Counted from the stretch's first letter, positions 18,836 to 31,964 are shown. The stretch is 64,000 bases of DNA from Parcubacteria group bacterium CG1_02_58_44 (GCA_001872545.1 MNWN01000011.1:2089-66088), one strand, 5' to 3'. Made by a program: numbers and translations. Notes: a model not told the origin generated them from the letters alone.

Positions 18836-20683
18836 TTATCTCCAGACTTTTTTTGTCTTTACGTACCAGTCGGCTACACCAGTGAACCTGTCAGCCGGCG
18901 TGAAGACGACTGTCGGTTCGATGCCCTTCACTCGCCTGTCGACTGCATAGGTGTAGTTTGGACTGTAGAGGAAAATGGCCGGCAGGTCTTCGATCAGCAG
19001 GTCCTGAAAGTCCTGGTAGAGGGACTCTCTCTCTTCACTGTCGGTCGTGGCACGGGCCTTTTCCAGCAGCTGGTCGGCCCGTCGGTTCGAGTACCGCGAC
19101 AGGTTGAGTCCGCCGTTATCGATCTGAGAAGAGTGCCAGAAGGGAAACGGGTCGGGGTCCTGGCCGAGGATCTCTCCGTAGAGCAGGACGCTGTAGTCGC
19201 GCGGACGAAGCTTGTCCTGCTGGATTCGCGAGACCGGAACCAGCTCGATTGCTACCTGGACTCCGATGCCTTCCCACATCCGTTTGACGGTTTCGGCGAC
19301 GGAGACGTTCTCCTGAGAGTCGACTGTAGTCAAGGTTATGGACAGCGGAGTGTCGATCTTGTCGCCGTCGGCACCTGGCAGCATCTTGCTGCGGACGTTG
19401 CCGTCCCCGAGCTTCCAGCCCTCGTCGTCGAGCAGCTTGCCGGCCGCCGTCAGATCTTGGGAGTAGCGTTTGATCTCGGAGTGGAATCCGACGAATCCAG
19501 GCAGAATCGGTCCATGGACCGGCACCCCGTCGAACCCCAGAGTTTCGCTGAGCACCAGATCCTTGTCGATGGCCAAGGCCAGTGACTGCCGGACAGCCTT
19601 GCTTTTCAGTACCGGATTCTTGTCCTGGTTGAAGAAGATCGCCGTGTACTGGGGCAGTCGGAAGGTGTAGGTCATTATTGAACCGATCTCATTGACCGAC
19701 TCGCGATATTCTAGTGGCAAGAAGCTGATTCCGTCAACCTTACGTTCGGTGAGGGCATCGGCGGCCTGGTCGAAATTTGGGTAGAAGACGAAGGTCATTT
19801 CCGCCAGATGCGGCTTTTGGCCGTAGAATTCGTTGTTTTTCGAGAGGGTGTATGACCGAATCGCCCCTTTCTTGTCTTTGGTCAGGCTCTTGAAACGGAA
19901 AGGACCGGTGCCGATCGGCTTGACGTTCAGTTCGGCTCGGGTGGCGTTCTCCGGTATGACTTCCTGCCAGAGGTGAATCGGCATGATGCCGACCGTCAGC
20001 AGCGACAGGAACGGCGCAAACGGCTCCTTGAGACGGAAGATGACCGTACGTTCGTCGGGGGTTTCTATCTCCACGTTGCGAAATTGGGCGATCAGCGGGC
20101 TGTTGAAGGCCGGATCCTTGATGAAGTTGAAGGTGGCGGCGACGTCCGACGCTCCGAACGGAGCCCCGTCATGCCAGGTGACGCCGTCGCGCAGGACGAA
20201 GGAATAGGTCTTTCCGTCGTCGGCAGTCTCGAACGATTCGGCCAAGTCCGGTACCAGGTTGCCTTCGCTGTCCGTGCGAACCAGTCCGGAGAAGACCAAT
20301 TTGGAGATGTCCAAGTCGACGTCGTTGGAGGAGGCCAGTATGGGATTGATGAAGCGCGGTCCGCCCACTGAAGCCTCGGTGTACTGTCCGCCGTCGGCTG
20401 CTGTGTTCGTCATGTGGGAAGAGACGAACCTAACGCCGATTGCGCCTACGGCCAGGATGACCGCAATAGTCAGGATACCGACCAAGGTCTTTTCCTTGGG
20501 AGAGAGGAAACGAGAGAGATACTTGAGCTGACCGGAGGACGGAAGTTTTTTGCCGGAAAGCCTCAAGACGAGCCGTCGGTCGAGGCTCGAATCGTTGCGG
20601 GCCACACCGGCAGCCAACAGTTTTTTGATCTTCAGCCGTCCGCGACTAACGAGTTCGCGAAGACGGGCAATTGTGGAGTCCAC
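18836..20683 (-). CDS. ABC transporter substrate-binding protein, family 5 (OppA/DppA-like peptide or nickel binding), with an N-terminal membrane anchor
   Basis: The body QYTEASVGGPRFINPILASSNDVDLDISKLVFSGLVRTD... is typical of SBP_bac_5. The track ORF runs to 21031, but its first ~90 codons overlap secG in another frame. The true start is probably an internal GTG/TTG upstream of the TM segment LVGILTIAVILAVGAIGV. The start coordinate is approximate. Confidence 0.7.
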   Translation of the reverse strand: MDSTIARLRELVSRGRLKIKKLLAAGVARNDSSLDRRLVLRLSGKKLPSSGQLKYLSRFLSPKEKTLVGILTIAVILAVGAIGVRFVSSHMTNTAADGGQYTEASVGGPRFINPILASSNDVDLDISKLVFSGLVRTDSEGNLVPDLAESFETADDGKTYSFVLRDGVTWHDGAPFGASDVAATFNFIKDPAFNSPLIAQFRNVEIETPDERTVIFRLKEPFAPFLSLLTVGIMPIHLWQEVIPENATRAELNVKPIGTGPFRFKSLTKDKKGAIRSYTLSKNNEFYGQKPHLAEMTFVFYPNFDQAADALTERKVDGISFLPLEYRESVNEIGSIMTYTFRLPQYTAIFFNQDKNPVLKSKAVRQSLALAIDKDLVLSETLGFDGVPVHGPILPGFVGFHSEIKRYSQDLTAAGKLLDDEGWKLGDGNVRSKMLPGADGDKIDTPLSITLTTVDSQENVSVAETVKRMWEGIGVQVAIELVPVSRIQQDKLRPRDYSVLLYGEILGQDPDPFPFWHSSQIDNGGLNLSRYSNRRADQLLEKARATTDSEERESLYQDFQDLLIEDLPAIFLYSPNYTYAVDRRVKGIEPTVVFTPADRFTGVADWYVKTKKVWR

Positions 20684-20757
20684 AGTGGATGTACCTGCGA
20701 TTATAGGACGGACGTTGACCCTACCAGGAGGGGTCCGATCCAGAAGATACGCACGGT

Positions 20758-20982
20758 TTAGGCTTGCGGAACGAGAACGTTCGCCAAAGCCAGCGCGAAG
20801 AACAGGCTGGCGAACACGATAGTTGACCGGAAGAGAATCTTCTCCAGTCCGCGTTTGGTTCGATAGACGTTGCCGTCGCCGCCGAAGGTGGCACCTAAGC
20901 CCGTCCCGCGGGCCTGCAGCAGTATGCCGGTCACTAAGATGACGGAAACTACGATTTGGGCGATGTTTAATGCTAATTTCAT
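20758..20982 (-). CDS. secG: Preprotein translocase subunit SecG
   Basis: MKLALNIAQIVVSVILVTGILLQARGTGLGATFGG has the SecG signature Gly-rich loop between two TM helices. The start is the ATG at 20980-20982 rather than the longer track ORF. Confidence 0.8.
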   Translation of the reverse strand: MKLALNIAQIVVSVILVTGILLQARGTGLGATFGGDGNVYRTKRGLEKILFRSTIVFASLFFALALANVLVPQA

Positions 20983-21188
20983 ACCATTTTGTCTCGTCCG
21001 CGCTTGTCGGACGATCATACAGATCAATCACGAAACTGAAGTTAGGTTATCAAATCGGACTTGACGTGTCAATGTCAGGCGACCTCAGCCGGTGAACAAA
21101 AAATGTCTTCATTTCGGTTTTTTGCTTTCGAGTTCGGGATTACGGACGGGCCATTATCCCCACAGTCAGTCAGGTTTCCAGCTCGGAG

Positions 21189-21968
21189 TTGCGCTATACT
21201 GCTAAAGGTATGGAAACGCGAAACGGTTTGACGAGCCGCGGTCAAGTCATCGGCAGGGGACTGGTCGTCTTAGGATGGACAGTTTTCTTGCTGGCACTGA
21301 CTCTCGTTTTGATTTTGGGAGTGAAGGCCTTCGGCTACTATCGGCAGATACGTTCTGGGGATCTGGTCGAGTTGCCGCAGTACGGGAACCGCCTGTCGGT
21401 CGGGAGCGATGGCGGAAACAGCCAAACGGTCGCCCTGAAGGAGATTGAGGACCTGCTGAATTCGGCGGATGGACCGGCGATCGGCCCGTCGATCGACGGC
21501 GCATTCGCGACCGTGGTGATGTTCGGGGATTTCGAGTGCCCCTTCTCCAGGGATTCGTCGACCGTATTCCGTCGGCTGTCGGTGCGCTACGGGGATCAAG
21601 TCAGGTTCGTCTACTTGGACTTTCCGTTGAGTTCGATCCATCCGTTCGCCGCGCTGTCGGCCGAGGCGGCCGAGTGCGCCGGTGAGCAGCTGCGCTATTG
21701 GGAGTACTTCGATCGGCTTTACGGCAATTCCTCGACGCTCAGTCAGGCCGTCCTGCTGCAGTACGCCCGGGAGACCGGGCTCGACAGTGAGCAGTTCGAG
21801 CGTTGCCTGGACAGCGGACGTTTCGCCGAGAAGGTCGAGGCCGACCGTTCCCTGGCCGAACGTCTGGGATTGAAGGGTACTCCATCGTTTTTCATAAACG
21901 GTCGTCGGATCGAGGGCGCCATACCGGAGCAGGACCTCGACCGACTCTTACAGAAAATGATCAATTGA
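21189..21968 (+). CDS. DsbA-family thiol:disulfide oxidoreductase with an N-terminal membrane anchor
   Basis: A TM segment is followed by a thioredoxin fold with the active-site context VVMFGDFECPFSRDS (a CxxS/C-type motif) and a DsbA-like helical insertion. Confidence 0.7.
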   Translation: MRYTAKGMETRNGLTSRGQVIGRGLVVLGWTVFLLALTLVLILGVKAFGYYRQIRSGDLVELPQYGNRLSVGSDGGNSQTVALKEIEDLLNSADGPAIGPSIDGAFATVVMFGDFECPFSRDSSTVFRRLSVRYGDQVRFVYLDFPLSSIHPFAALSAEAAECAGEQLRYWEYFDRLYGNSSTLSQAVLLQYARETGLDSEQFERCLDSGRFAEKVEADRSLAERLGLKGTPSFFINGRRIEGAIPEQDLDRLLQKMIN

Positions 21969-21973
21969 GACAT

Positions 21974-23944
21974 ATGGTTCGTTTACAGGCCAATCGCGGG
22001 TGGATATCCATGATCTCGTCCGGTCTGGCGGGACTGCTGGTCGGACTTAACCTGTCGGTCCTGGTGCTGTTTTCTCTGGTTCCGACGGCTCAAGCCACAA
22101 GCAGCCTGACCTGTAACGGGAGCTACGGCTGCTTCACCAGTACGGCCTGCACGCTTTCGCATGGCGATTTCGTGGCCTGTCCCGACAGATGCGACACTGA
22201 GGGGCGAAGCGGTCGCGGTTACTGCTATTCGCGTCCCGAACGGGTCACGTTGGCAGTCAGGATCGGGAGCCTGACCCTAGTCGATGACCTGGCGCAATAC
22301 ATAGAGAACCTCTACCGGGTCGCCATTGGGATCGCGGCGATACTTTCCGCGGCCATGCTTATGATCGGCGGCCTGCAGTGGTTGACGTCCGGAGGTTCGG
22401 ATCAGGCCGGCAAGGCACGGGAGAGGATCATGAATAGTGTGATCGGATTATTATTGACAATTTTTGCCTACATTATTTTGAACACCATCAATCCAGCTCT
22501 GGTTCATATGCAGATGCCGCGTTTACCCATGGTTCGACAGGAACTTTTTGTTCGTTGTGAGTTGTTTAAAATGCGAGCTGCCTGCGGACAACCGTTCGGG
22601 ATTATAGAGATGGAAAATGCGGATCCTAGTGCCGGTGAGACCGAAAGATATGAAGTCACGTCCGACCTCAATCATCCGGACCTGTTGACCGAGTGCGTCG
22701 GGGGGAGCTGCGCCGAGGCCGGACTGGATGACGGCTCGTACACCTGTCAGAGGCAGTCTGGATCGACGACTCCGGCCCCTGCCGTTCCGGCCGGCGGTAC
22801 GGTTAACGCTGGTGTGGGGACTGGCGGTTCTCCGGCCGAAGGGGCAGTCACGACCGGCAACGGAACGGGAGGCGCATCAGTCGGTGCGGGTTATCAGTGC
22901 CTACCCTGCACGGTGGCGGATCAGATCTGTCAGGGGCTCGGACCAAGCAACAGTTGCTGCGGCGGGTACTGCGGTGCGACTGCGAACACGGCTGATGCGG
23001 CCAATGCTCGAGTTCAAGCTGGGACTGTAGTTGAACAGACAAGAGAGGTTGTTGGAGCTACCTTATCTGGAACTTGTGGTAATGGAATGGACGGGACTAG
23101 ATGTGGTTCAAGTGATGAATGCCGTGGTGGCAAGTGTGTTAATGCAGCGTTGTATTGGCAGGGATTGTCTACATTAGCCAATACGGCTGGAGAGTCGGCT
23201 GCGAATGTCTGGCATATAGTAACTGATCCTACCGGTATTTTAGATAGATTTATTGGTGGTGTTAGACAGGCTGGTCGAGCTGTTACTAACTCAACTGCAC
23301 TAGCAGATGCTTGGACTGGCGGTATTTGTTCGAGTGGAGCAGTTGGTGCGCCATGTAATACCGACATTGATTGTGGTTCTGGTATGGTTTGTTTGGATGA
23401 CTATGGAGTCCATGTCTGTTCGCGACCGATAGTCGGCGGGTATTGTTCTGAAAATCGTCACTGTGGTAGCAATCAATGCATCGCTGAATTGGGGGCATGT
23501 ATGGGTTCTGCCGGTACCGGCTTCGGCTGTGACGATGATGCGACCTGCGTTCAAAGGTATGGTGAGGGTTACGAATGCCGTGACGGCATAGCTGAAGGAC
23601 CTATCTGTACCAGCGGTGAGGACGGAAGTCTGTGTATTGACAATTCGCAATGCGACAGTCACCATTGCTATACCAGTGCAATCATGGATGCAGGAGAAGA
23701 TGTTGGTCTCTGCGTTTCTGGCGAAGACGGCAGCGGGTGCGACGCCGCCGACGACTGCAATAGCGGGGTCTGCTACAACAGCGACGGCTACGGTCAGGTC
23801 TGTGTCGGTCCGAGTACCGAGTCCGGTTCGCCCTGTATTCCCGGTCAGAGCGAAAGGCAGTGTGCCGGTGACCTGATTTGCAACGAGACCAGCCGTACCT
23901 GCGTCCGTCGCGCCTCGAATTCGGCCGGATCCGGCACTCATTAG
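21974..23944 (+). CDS. Secreted Cys-rich protein with a VirB2/TrbC-type pilin-like module (two TM helices) and C-terminal disulfide-rich repeats
   Basis: Start taken at the internal Met [22 protein letters not shown] (signal/TM). The segment [56 protein letters not shown] is homologous to the N-terminal modules of the 44884 and 47162 proteins. The C-terminal half consists of C-x(3-6)-C-x(3-6)-C repeats. Confidence 0.65.
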   Translation: MVRLQANRGWISMISSGLAGLLVGLNLSVLVLFSLVPTAQATSSLTCNGSYGCFTSTACTLSHGDFVACPDRCDTEGRSGRGYCYSRPERVTLAVRIGSLTLVDDLAQYIENLYRVAIGIAAILSAAMLMIGGLQWLTSGGSDQAGKARERIMNSVIGLLLTIFAYIILNTINPALVHMQMPRLPMVRQELFVRCELFKMRAACGQPFGIIEMENADPSAGETERYEVTSDLNHPDLLTECVGGSCAEAGLDDGSYTCQRQSGSTTPAPAVPAGGTVNAGVGTGGSPAEGAVTTGNGTGGASVGAGYQCLPCTVADQICQGLGPSNSCCGGYCGATANTADAANARVQAGTVVEQTREVVGATLSGTCGNGMDGTRCGSSDECRGGKCVNAALYWQGLSTLANTAGESAANVWHIVTDPTGILDRFIGGVRQAGRAVTNSTALADAWTGGICSSGAVGAPCNTDIDCGSGMVCLDDYGVHVCSRPIVGGYCSENRHCGSNQCIAELGACMGSAGTGFGCDDDATCVQRYGEGYECRDGIAEGPICTSGEDGSLCIDNSQCDSHHCYTSAIMDAGEDVGLCVSGEDGSGCDAADDCNSGVCYNSDGYGQVCVGPSTESGSPCIPGQSERQCAGDLICNETSRTCVRRASNSAGSGTH

Positions 23945-23965
23945 GTGCAGCAAGCCCTTTCGACG

Positions 23966-23992
23966 AAAGACCGCGCCAGCCGCGGTTTTTTG
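23966..23992 (+). terminator. Rho-independent terminator-like hairpin followed by T6
   Basis: gaccgcg ccagc cgcggtttttt lies just 3' of the 21974..23944 gene. This supports uvrA starting downstream at 24136. Confidence 0.45.
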
Positions 23993-24135
23993 GTCGGACG
24001 GACCGCCGTTCGTCGGATGTCGAAAGCATCCGGCACAGTGGACTCTTGTCAGAAAAAGGACGGTGTACTAAACTGTCCGTTGACTTATATTTCGATATTA
24101 GCGGACCGCATCCTGCGCGTGCGGCAATCAGGCAG

Positions 24136-27120
<2,985 letters not shown>

Positions 27121-27146
27121 CGGGGTTTCCCATTCCCCAGATAGAC

Positions 27147-27176
27147 AAAAAAAGAGACCGAGAGGTCTCTTTTTTG
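27147..27176. terminator. Bidirectional terminator hairpin
   Basis: aaaaaaagagacc gaga ggtctctttttttg lies directly after the uvrA stop. Confidence 0.55.
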
Positions 27177-27216
27177 ATTGTGTAAGTTCGTTCGGGTTCG
27201 GGAGGGACGACAGTCG

Positions 27217-27879
27217 CTAGCGGTTCCGCCTTGCTCGAATCGCTCGTCCGACGTCAACAACGAGGTTGAACAGCGGGAAAACGATCGGTCGTCGACCGAG
27301 AATCCGCCAAGTCTCGAGCAGGTCCGCCTCACTGCATACCGAAAGGTGTATGCAGAGGAGTTCGAGTTCCCGCTGGTGTGCCAGTAGGATGCCTACTGCC
27401 CGTCGCCAGCCGACGGTCAGTGTCTCGTCGTCCTTATTGCTGGGAACGGATATCCTGTCGGCAGGCAACTCTTCAGTCAATGGCCGGTCGGTCCAGGGAC
27501 TGTCTCCATGACAGTTGAGAACTCTCAGTTCATCGGCCTTGGCTACGGCTTTAGTTAGATCAATGAAGGAATTTTCGTTCCAACCGAAGACAAGTTGCTC
27601 GATGGCCAGTCCGCCCAACTCGACGGCCATTTCGTCCCAGAGCGAGACCGGTCCCGGGGCCGGATTCTTGAGTAAGGAAAGTCGTCCATCGGGACGGGTC
27701 TGGACGAGACTGATGCCGATTGGCAACAGTGTGGGCGAGTGCCAGGCCACAAGTAGGTGTCCGGCCGCACGTACGACTTCTCGTCTAAAGTCCTCTAGTC
27801 TTTCCAGTCTTATCAAAAGACACCTCCTCGTCGTCATTGACGACGACACTATAAGAGCATTTTCCGGATTCAAAGTCAA
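27217..27879 (-). CDS. Hypothetical protein (220 aa). The call is uncertain because several overlapping ORFs exist on both strands
   Basis: It is the longest ORF in the 27.1-27.9 kb gap and has no recognisable motif. High GC inflates spurious ORFs, so confidence is low. Confidence 0.3.
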   Translation of the reverse strand: MTLNPENALIVSSSMTTRRCLLIRLERLEDFRREVVRAAGHLLVAWHSPTLLPIGISLVQTRPDGRLSLLKNPAPGPVSLWDEMAVELGGLAIEQLVFGWNENSFIDLTKAVAKADELRVLNCHGDSPWTDRPLTEELPADRISVPSNKDDETLTVGWRRAVGILLAHQRELELLCIHLSVCSEADLLETWRILGRRPIVFPLFNLVVDVGRAIRARRNR

Positions 27880-28100
27880 GATGCCCGGTACTTTTTTGCC
27901 GGGAATGAAGTGACCTATAGTCTATATTTTTGTCTTCAGTTTCGGGTCTGAATTGAATTCCGCTTTTGATCCACTTTTAAGGTCGTTTAAGCCAAAAAAA
28001 CGGCTTGCCTTAGCTCGGAATATTGACAAAATGGCTAGGTTATGGTAATAATGTACCCTTAATCAGGGATTCAAATAACAGCTTAGTCAGGCAACCTAAT

Positions 28101-29843
28101 ATGAAAAGGAATATCGTCTTCGCGGCCATTGCGGCCGTGATCGTGTCCGTAGTGCTGTCGACCGTTCCGGCGTGGGCGTTCAGCAAGTTTATTAACGTTC
28201 CGTCGGACAAGATCGGCGGCAGCTGGTCGATCGACGAGCTGACCCGTGACCACGACGGTCGGACCGTCGAGTCCTTCAAGGTGGACCGTGACCTGGTGGT
28301 CTGGACAGAGCGTGACGATGTCCGATCCATCCGGTACCTGTGGGGCTGGAACGGCATTTCGGCGTCCTTGCTGGCGACGATGCCCTTTTCCGACTGGCAG
28401 GGTTCTGATTTCTATTCTGCCGTCGAGGGCAACTACGACGTCGCTGACGGTACAGCCGTCTGGACCATGTACGACGGGTCCGACTCTGAGATCTATGCCT
28501 TCCGTGACGGTCACGTGAGCAGGATCACCGACAACGGTTTCAGCGACCTGCATCCGATCACCTCGGGCGGCCGCATCGCCTGGACCGGCGACCTCGGTTC
28601 GGTCACCAAACTGATGGTCATGGAGACCGACGGCAGCGTCCGAACGGTCGATCAGTACCACGTTCTCGACTACGCCTTTTCCGAATCCAACCTGTATTGG
28701 ATGAACATGAAGGTCGGGGAGACCGTGCAGCGCGTGATGGTCGACGGCGGGGACGTGTCCCGGTCCGTGGGCTACGGCGAGGTTCGTCCGTTCGACTTTC
28801 CGTTCTTCGTCGCCGACGGCAACGGCGGAGTCGCCTGGCGACGTATGGAGACCGCCGGTAATGTCGAGGTCAACGTATTCTACGTGTCAGACGGCGTGCG
28901 GACGAGCGAGGTTCTGCGCCGTGAGCGTTGGGCCAACGACATCCGGCTCGAGGACACCTACAGCGGTTCCGTACTGGTCAACTCGTCCGACGTTCGCACC
29001 AAGAACATCGACGACGTGACCCTACTCCAGGCCAGCGGCGCCCAGCAGTCCGTGATTCAGGTCAAGACCTCCATGGCCAAGGCCAGGTTCTCCGACGGCG
29101 GTGCCTACGTCAGGCATGTCCTGCCGGAGACTTCCAGTCCGCTTCTGGTCCGCCATGGCGACGGGTTCGAGACTTGGATCTCCGATACCCGGATTGAGCG
29201 CGACCTGTTCGACGCTGGAGACAGCACTGTCGCCGGTGCCATGCATGATCATGGCGGTGTAGTGCTCTACGACACCGACACCCGCGAAGTGACCGAGATC
29301 AACCGTGACATCAAGGCCCGGCAGATCGTCACCAACGGCGACACCGTCGTTTGGCTCGAAGGCGCTTCCGGCAGCTCGATCCTGATGGCGGCCCGTCCGT
29401 CCATCTTGGTCGGCAACTCGGCCGGAGCCAAGACGGTCGCCGGAAGGCTGGTCAAGTCGCCAGTCGACTCGGCCGTCTATCTGGCCACTCCGGACGGGGA
29501 GAGGTTTATCTTCCCGACTGAGGGCGAGTTCTACAGCTGGTACGGCAATTTCGACTCGCTGACCGAGCTGTCGGTCCAGGAGATGTCGTCCCTGTCGCTG
29601 GCCGGTGCGGTTCTCTATCCGGTCGGTGCCCTGGTCAAGTCCCCGTCCTCGCCTAAGGTCTATGCGGTCGGCGGTGACGGCAGGCTGAACTGGCTGGCCG
29701 ACGCGAACATCGTCTCCACCTACTACGGCTCCTCCTGGAATCGGCTGGTGAGAGACATGCCCGAGTCCTTCCTGGCCGCTTACCGTTCTGGCCGCAATGT
29801 GGCCAGTACCGGGGAGTACTACATGATCGCCGCGACCAAGTAG
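28101..29843 (+). CDS. Secreted hypothetical protein (about 580 aa) with a signal peptide
   Basis: Start taken at MKRNIVFAAIAAVIVSVVLSTVPAWAFS, a signal peptide. The body is rich in Trp/Gly/Asp/Thr repeats suggestive of a beta-rich extracellular fold. No family was recognised. Confidence 0.6.
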   Translation: MKRNIVFAAIAAVIVSVVLSTVPAWAFSKFINVPSDKIGGSWSIDELTRDHDGRTVESFKVDRDLVVWTERDDVRSIRYLWGWNGISASLLATMPFSDWQGSDFYSAVEGNYDVADGTAVWTMYDGSDSEIYAFRDGHVSRITDNGFSDLHPITSGGRIAWTGDLGSVTKLMVMETDGSVRTVDQYHVLDYAFSESNLYWMNMKVGETVQRVMVDGGDVSRSVGYGEVRPFDFPFFVADGNGGVAWRRMETAGNVEVNVFYVSDGVRTSEVLRRERWANDIRLEDTYSGSVLVNSSDVRTKNIDDVTLLQASGAQQSVIQVKTSMAKARFSDGGAYVRHVLPETSSPLLVRHGDGFETWISDTRIERDLFDAGDSTVAGAMHDHGGVVLYDTDTREVTEINRDIKARQIVTNGDTVVWLEGASGSSILMAARPSILVGNSAGAKTVAGRLVKSPVDSAVYLATPDGERFIFPTEGEFYSWYGNFDSLTELSVQEMSSLSLAGAVLYPVGALVKSPSSPKVYAVGGDGRLNWLADANIVSTYYGSSWNRLVRDMPESFLAAYRSGRNVASTGEYYMIAATK

Positions 29844-29899
29844 TCCGGCGCGTTACGTGGATCGCCAGCAGGACCTGCCTCTCTGGTAAGTACCAACCT

Positions 29900-30040
29900 G
29901 TCGTCCCGGGCGGAGATCCGGGGTCCAGAAATAACGAACATCCGTCCGAGAAATCGGGCGGATGTTTTGTGTCATTCCGACCTTGAGTCGGGATCCAGGA
30001 TCCGATCCTTTCTGCTTCTGGGTCCCGGATCTCCGCCCGG
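29900..30040. repeat. Inverted-repeat element (MITE-like) between the secreted-protein gene and rplS
   Basis: tcgtcccgggcggagatccggggtccag (29903-29930) and its inverted partner gggtcccggatctccgcccgggacga (30011-30037) flank about 80 bp. Both track ORFs here read GSPPGTT out of the repeat arms. Confidence 0.55.
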
Positions 30041-30164
30041 GACGACAATACTCTATGTTATCTGTCATCTCGAAACCGCCTTCTTAAATATGTCATCCCG
30101 GAATTGCGAATGCAGTGAGCAATATCCGGGATCCACGATCCGTCCGGTACGACATCACTTTTGA

Positions 30165-30205
30165 AAAATCAACAAACCAAAACCCCGGACCTGAGCCCGG
30201 GGTTC
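30165..30205 (-). terminator. Rho-independent terminator of rplS
   Basis: On the minus strand: AACCCCGG GCTCAGGT CCGGGGTT followed by TTGGTTTGTTGATTTTT. Confidence 0.5.
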
Positions 30206-30234
30206 ATCTTTTGTAGTAGGTCCGTTCGCGGACA

Positions 30235-30783
30235 TTACTTCTTGTCGACCGGAACCTCCTTGAGGCGCTTCTTGTACTTGCCGCGCAGGAAGTAGAGCTT
30301 GGAGCGGCGGACGCGGACCTGCTTGACCACTTCGATCTTCTCGATCGTCGGCATGGCCAGCGGGAAAATGCGTTCGACGCCAAATCCCTTCGAAACCTTG
30401 CGTACCGTAATGGTGGCGCTGATCCGGTCATGACCCTTTTTGCCGATCACCAGTCCCTCGAAGATCTGGATGCGCTCGCGTTCGTCGCCGCGCGGAGTGA
30501 CGTCCTTAATCTTGAGGTGAACTCGGACCGTCATTCCGGGGACTATCTTCTGGGCCGACTCCTCCAGCTTGATTTCCTCGGCTACAGTCTCTTCGGCCGG
30601 GGCTTCTTCGCCTTCAGCAGGAGCTTCATCCTCGATTTCAGTCGGCATTTCCTTGGTTGCAGTATCCTCAACCGGGGTCTCTTCGCCTTCGGCTTGCGGC
30701 TGCACTTCGGTTTCGACCGGAGTCTCCTCGACCGGCGTCGTCTCAGTCGTTTCTTCGGTAGTCTTGTTGTCTTCTTCGGCCAT
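30235..30783 (-). CDS. rplS: 50S ribosomal protein L19 with about 75-100 aa acidic N-terminal extension
   Basis: The C-terminal part [85 protein letters not shown] matches L19. The N-terminus [27 protein letters not shown]... is Glu/Thr/Pro-rich. Start chosen at the internal ATG (30781-30783). Confidence 0.85.
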   Translation of the reverse strand: MAEEDNKTTEETTETTPVEETPVETEVQPQAEGEETPVEDTATKEMPTEIEDEAPAEGEEAPAEETVAEEIKLEESAQKIVPGMTVRVHLKIKDVTPRGDERERIQIFEGLVIGKKGHDRISATITVRKVSKGFGVERIFPLAMPTIEKIEVVKQVRVRRSKLYFLRGKYKKRLKEVPVDKK

Positions 30784-30953
30784 ATTTAGCTCAGTTGACG
30801 TATTTTTTGGGTCGATAACATCCGATTTTAGGCGGAATGTTTTCAGAACGAACCTAGCATACACGTAGGCTCGACTCAAGTCAAGCGGTCTTGGGTCAAA
30901 AAAGGAGCGTCATTTGGCTTCCTTTTTTGCATAACCGAGGCAAAAGTCGCGAT

Positions 30954-31964
30954 TCAGCCGGTGTCTTCGTCTGGACTGACCGAAGCCGTCCGGTTGGTCA
31001 GCCTTTCAGAGGTCTCACCACGTTTTCTTAATACGGTCAGGAAGGTCTCTAACTCCTGAGGCAGAGGTACGCTGAACTCCAGCCTTCGTCCATCCTTGGG
31101 GTGGCGGATGGCCAGGCGGCGGGCGTGCAGGAAGAGCCGGCCAACGGGTAGGGGAGACTTGCTCGGACCGTACAGCTTGTCGCCGGCCACCGGACAGCCG
31201 ATCGCCTTGAGGTGAGTCCTGATCTGATGCGTACGTCCGGTCTCGGTATGGACCGCGAGCAGCGCCGCTCCCGGCAGATATTCCTCGACCGAGTAGTGAG
31301 TAACGGCCGGACGGTCGCCTTCGAGCGGCTGACTGCGTGCGGCCATGCGTCGTTCGCTGGTCGAGCGTCCGATCGGCAGATCGATCGTACCTTCCTCGTT
31401 CGGCGGATTGCCGACGGTCAGCACCGCGTACTCCTTCTCCACGTCGTGGGTCTGAAAGCTCTTCTTGAGCGACTGATAGGCCAGGTCGGTCTTGGCTACG
31501 ACCATCAGTCCGGAAGCGTCCTTGTCGAGCCGATGCATGATGCCGGGGCGTTCGGGACCTTCGCCGATGTCCCTGATCGGCGGATAGTGGGCCAGGAGCG
31601 CGTTCGCCAAGGTGTCCTGCTCGTTGCGGACCGTCGCGTGGACCAGCAGGCCGGACGGCTTGTTGACCACGATCAGGTCGTCGTCTTCGTAGACGATCTC
31701 CAGACTGATGTCCGGCCGGGGCAGCAGCACGAACGGCGCGTCGCTGGCCGCCAGTGCGTCGTCGGAGAAGGTGATCAGGTCGCCAATGCGCAGCGCCTCA
31801 TGCGGTGACTTGGCCGGGCGTCCGTTCAGCTGGACCAGATTCCGCTTGATTACCTTCTGCACCGCGGAGCGTGAGATCGATCCGTCTCTCTCGGCCAGAA
31901 AGACATCAAGTCTCTTGCCGACGTCCTTTTCCTCGATTGTGATTTGGGTTTCCATAGCGAGCAT
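30954..31964 (-). CDS. rluD: RluA-family 23S rRNA pseudouridine synthase (RluD-like) with an N-terminal S4 domain
   Basis: IVYEDDDLIVVNKPSGLLVH and the catalytic motif HRLDKDASGLMVVAK. An S4-like N-terminus is present. Confidence 0.88.
   Translation of the reverse strand: MLAMETQITIEEKDVGKRLDVFLAERDGSISRSAVQKVIKRNLVQLNGRPAKSPHEALRIGDLITFSDDALAASDAPFVLLPRPDISLEIVYEDDDLIVVNKPSGLLVHATVRNEQDTLANALLAHYPPIRDIGEGPERPGIMHRLDKDASGLMVVAKTDLAYQSLKKSFQTHDVEKEYAVLTVGNPPNEEGTIDLPIGRSTSERRMAARSQPLEGDRPAVTHYSVEEYLPGAALLAVHTETGRTHQIRTHLKAIGCPVAGDKLYGPSKSPLPVGRLFLHARRLAIRHPKDGRRLEFSVPLPQELETFLTVLRKRGETSERLTNRTASVSPDEDTG

Noticed and set aside
20758-21031. N-terminal 90 codons of the 731-aa track ORF (18836..21031)
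   Set aside because: This part overlaps a clear secG gene in another frame and encodes Arg-rich nonsense. The solute-binding protein most likely starts downstream of secG at an internal GTG/TTG, so the call was truncated.
21803-21973. Upstream extension of the 21974..23944 gene, and similarly 23878..24135 for uvrA, 41488..41820 for lepB and 30784..30879 for rplS
   Set aside because: The extensions overlap the preceding gene, a terminator or a tRNA, and translate to Arg/Gly-rich sequence. Internal Met starts restore canonical N-termini.
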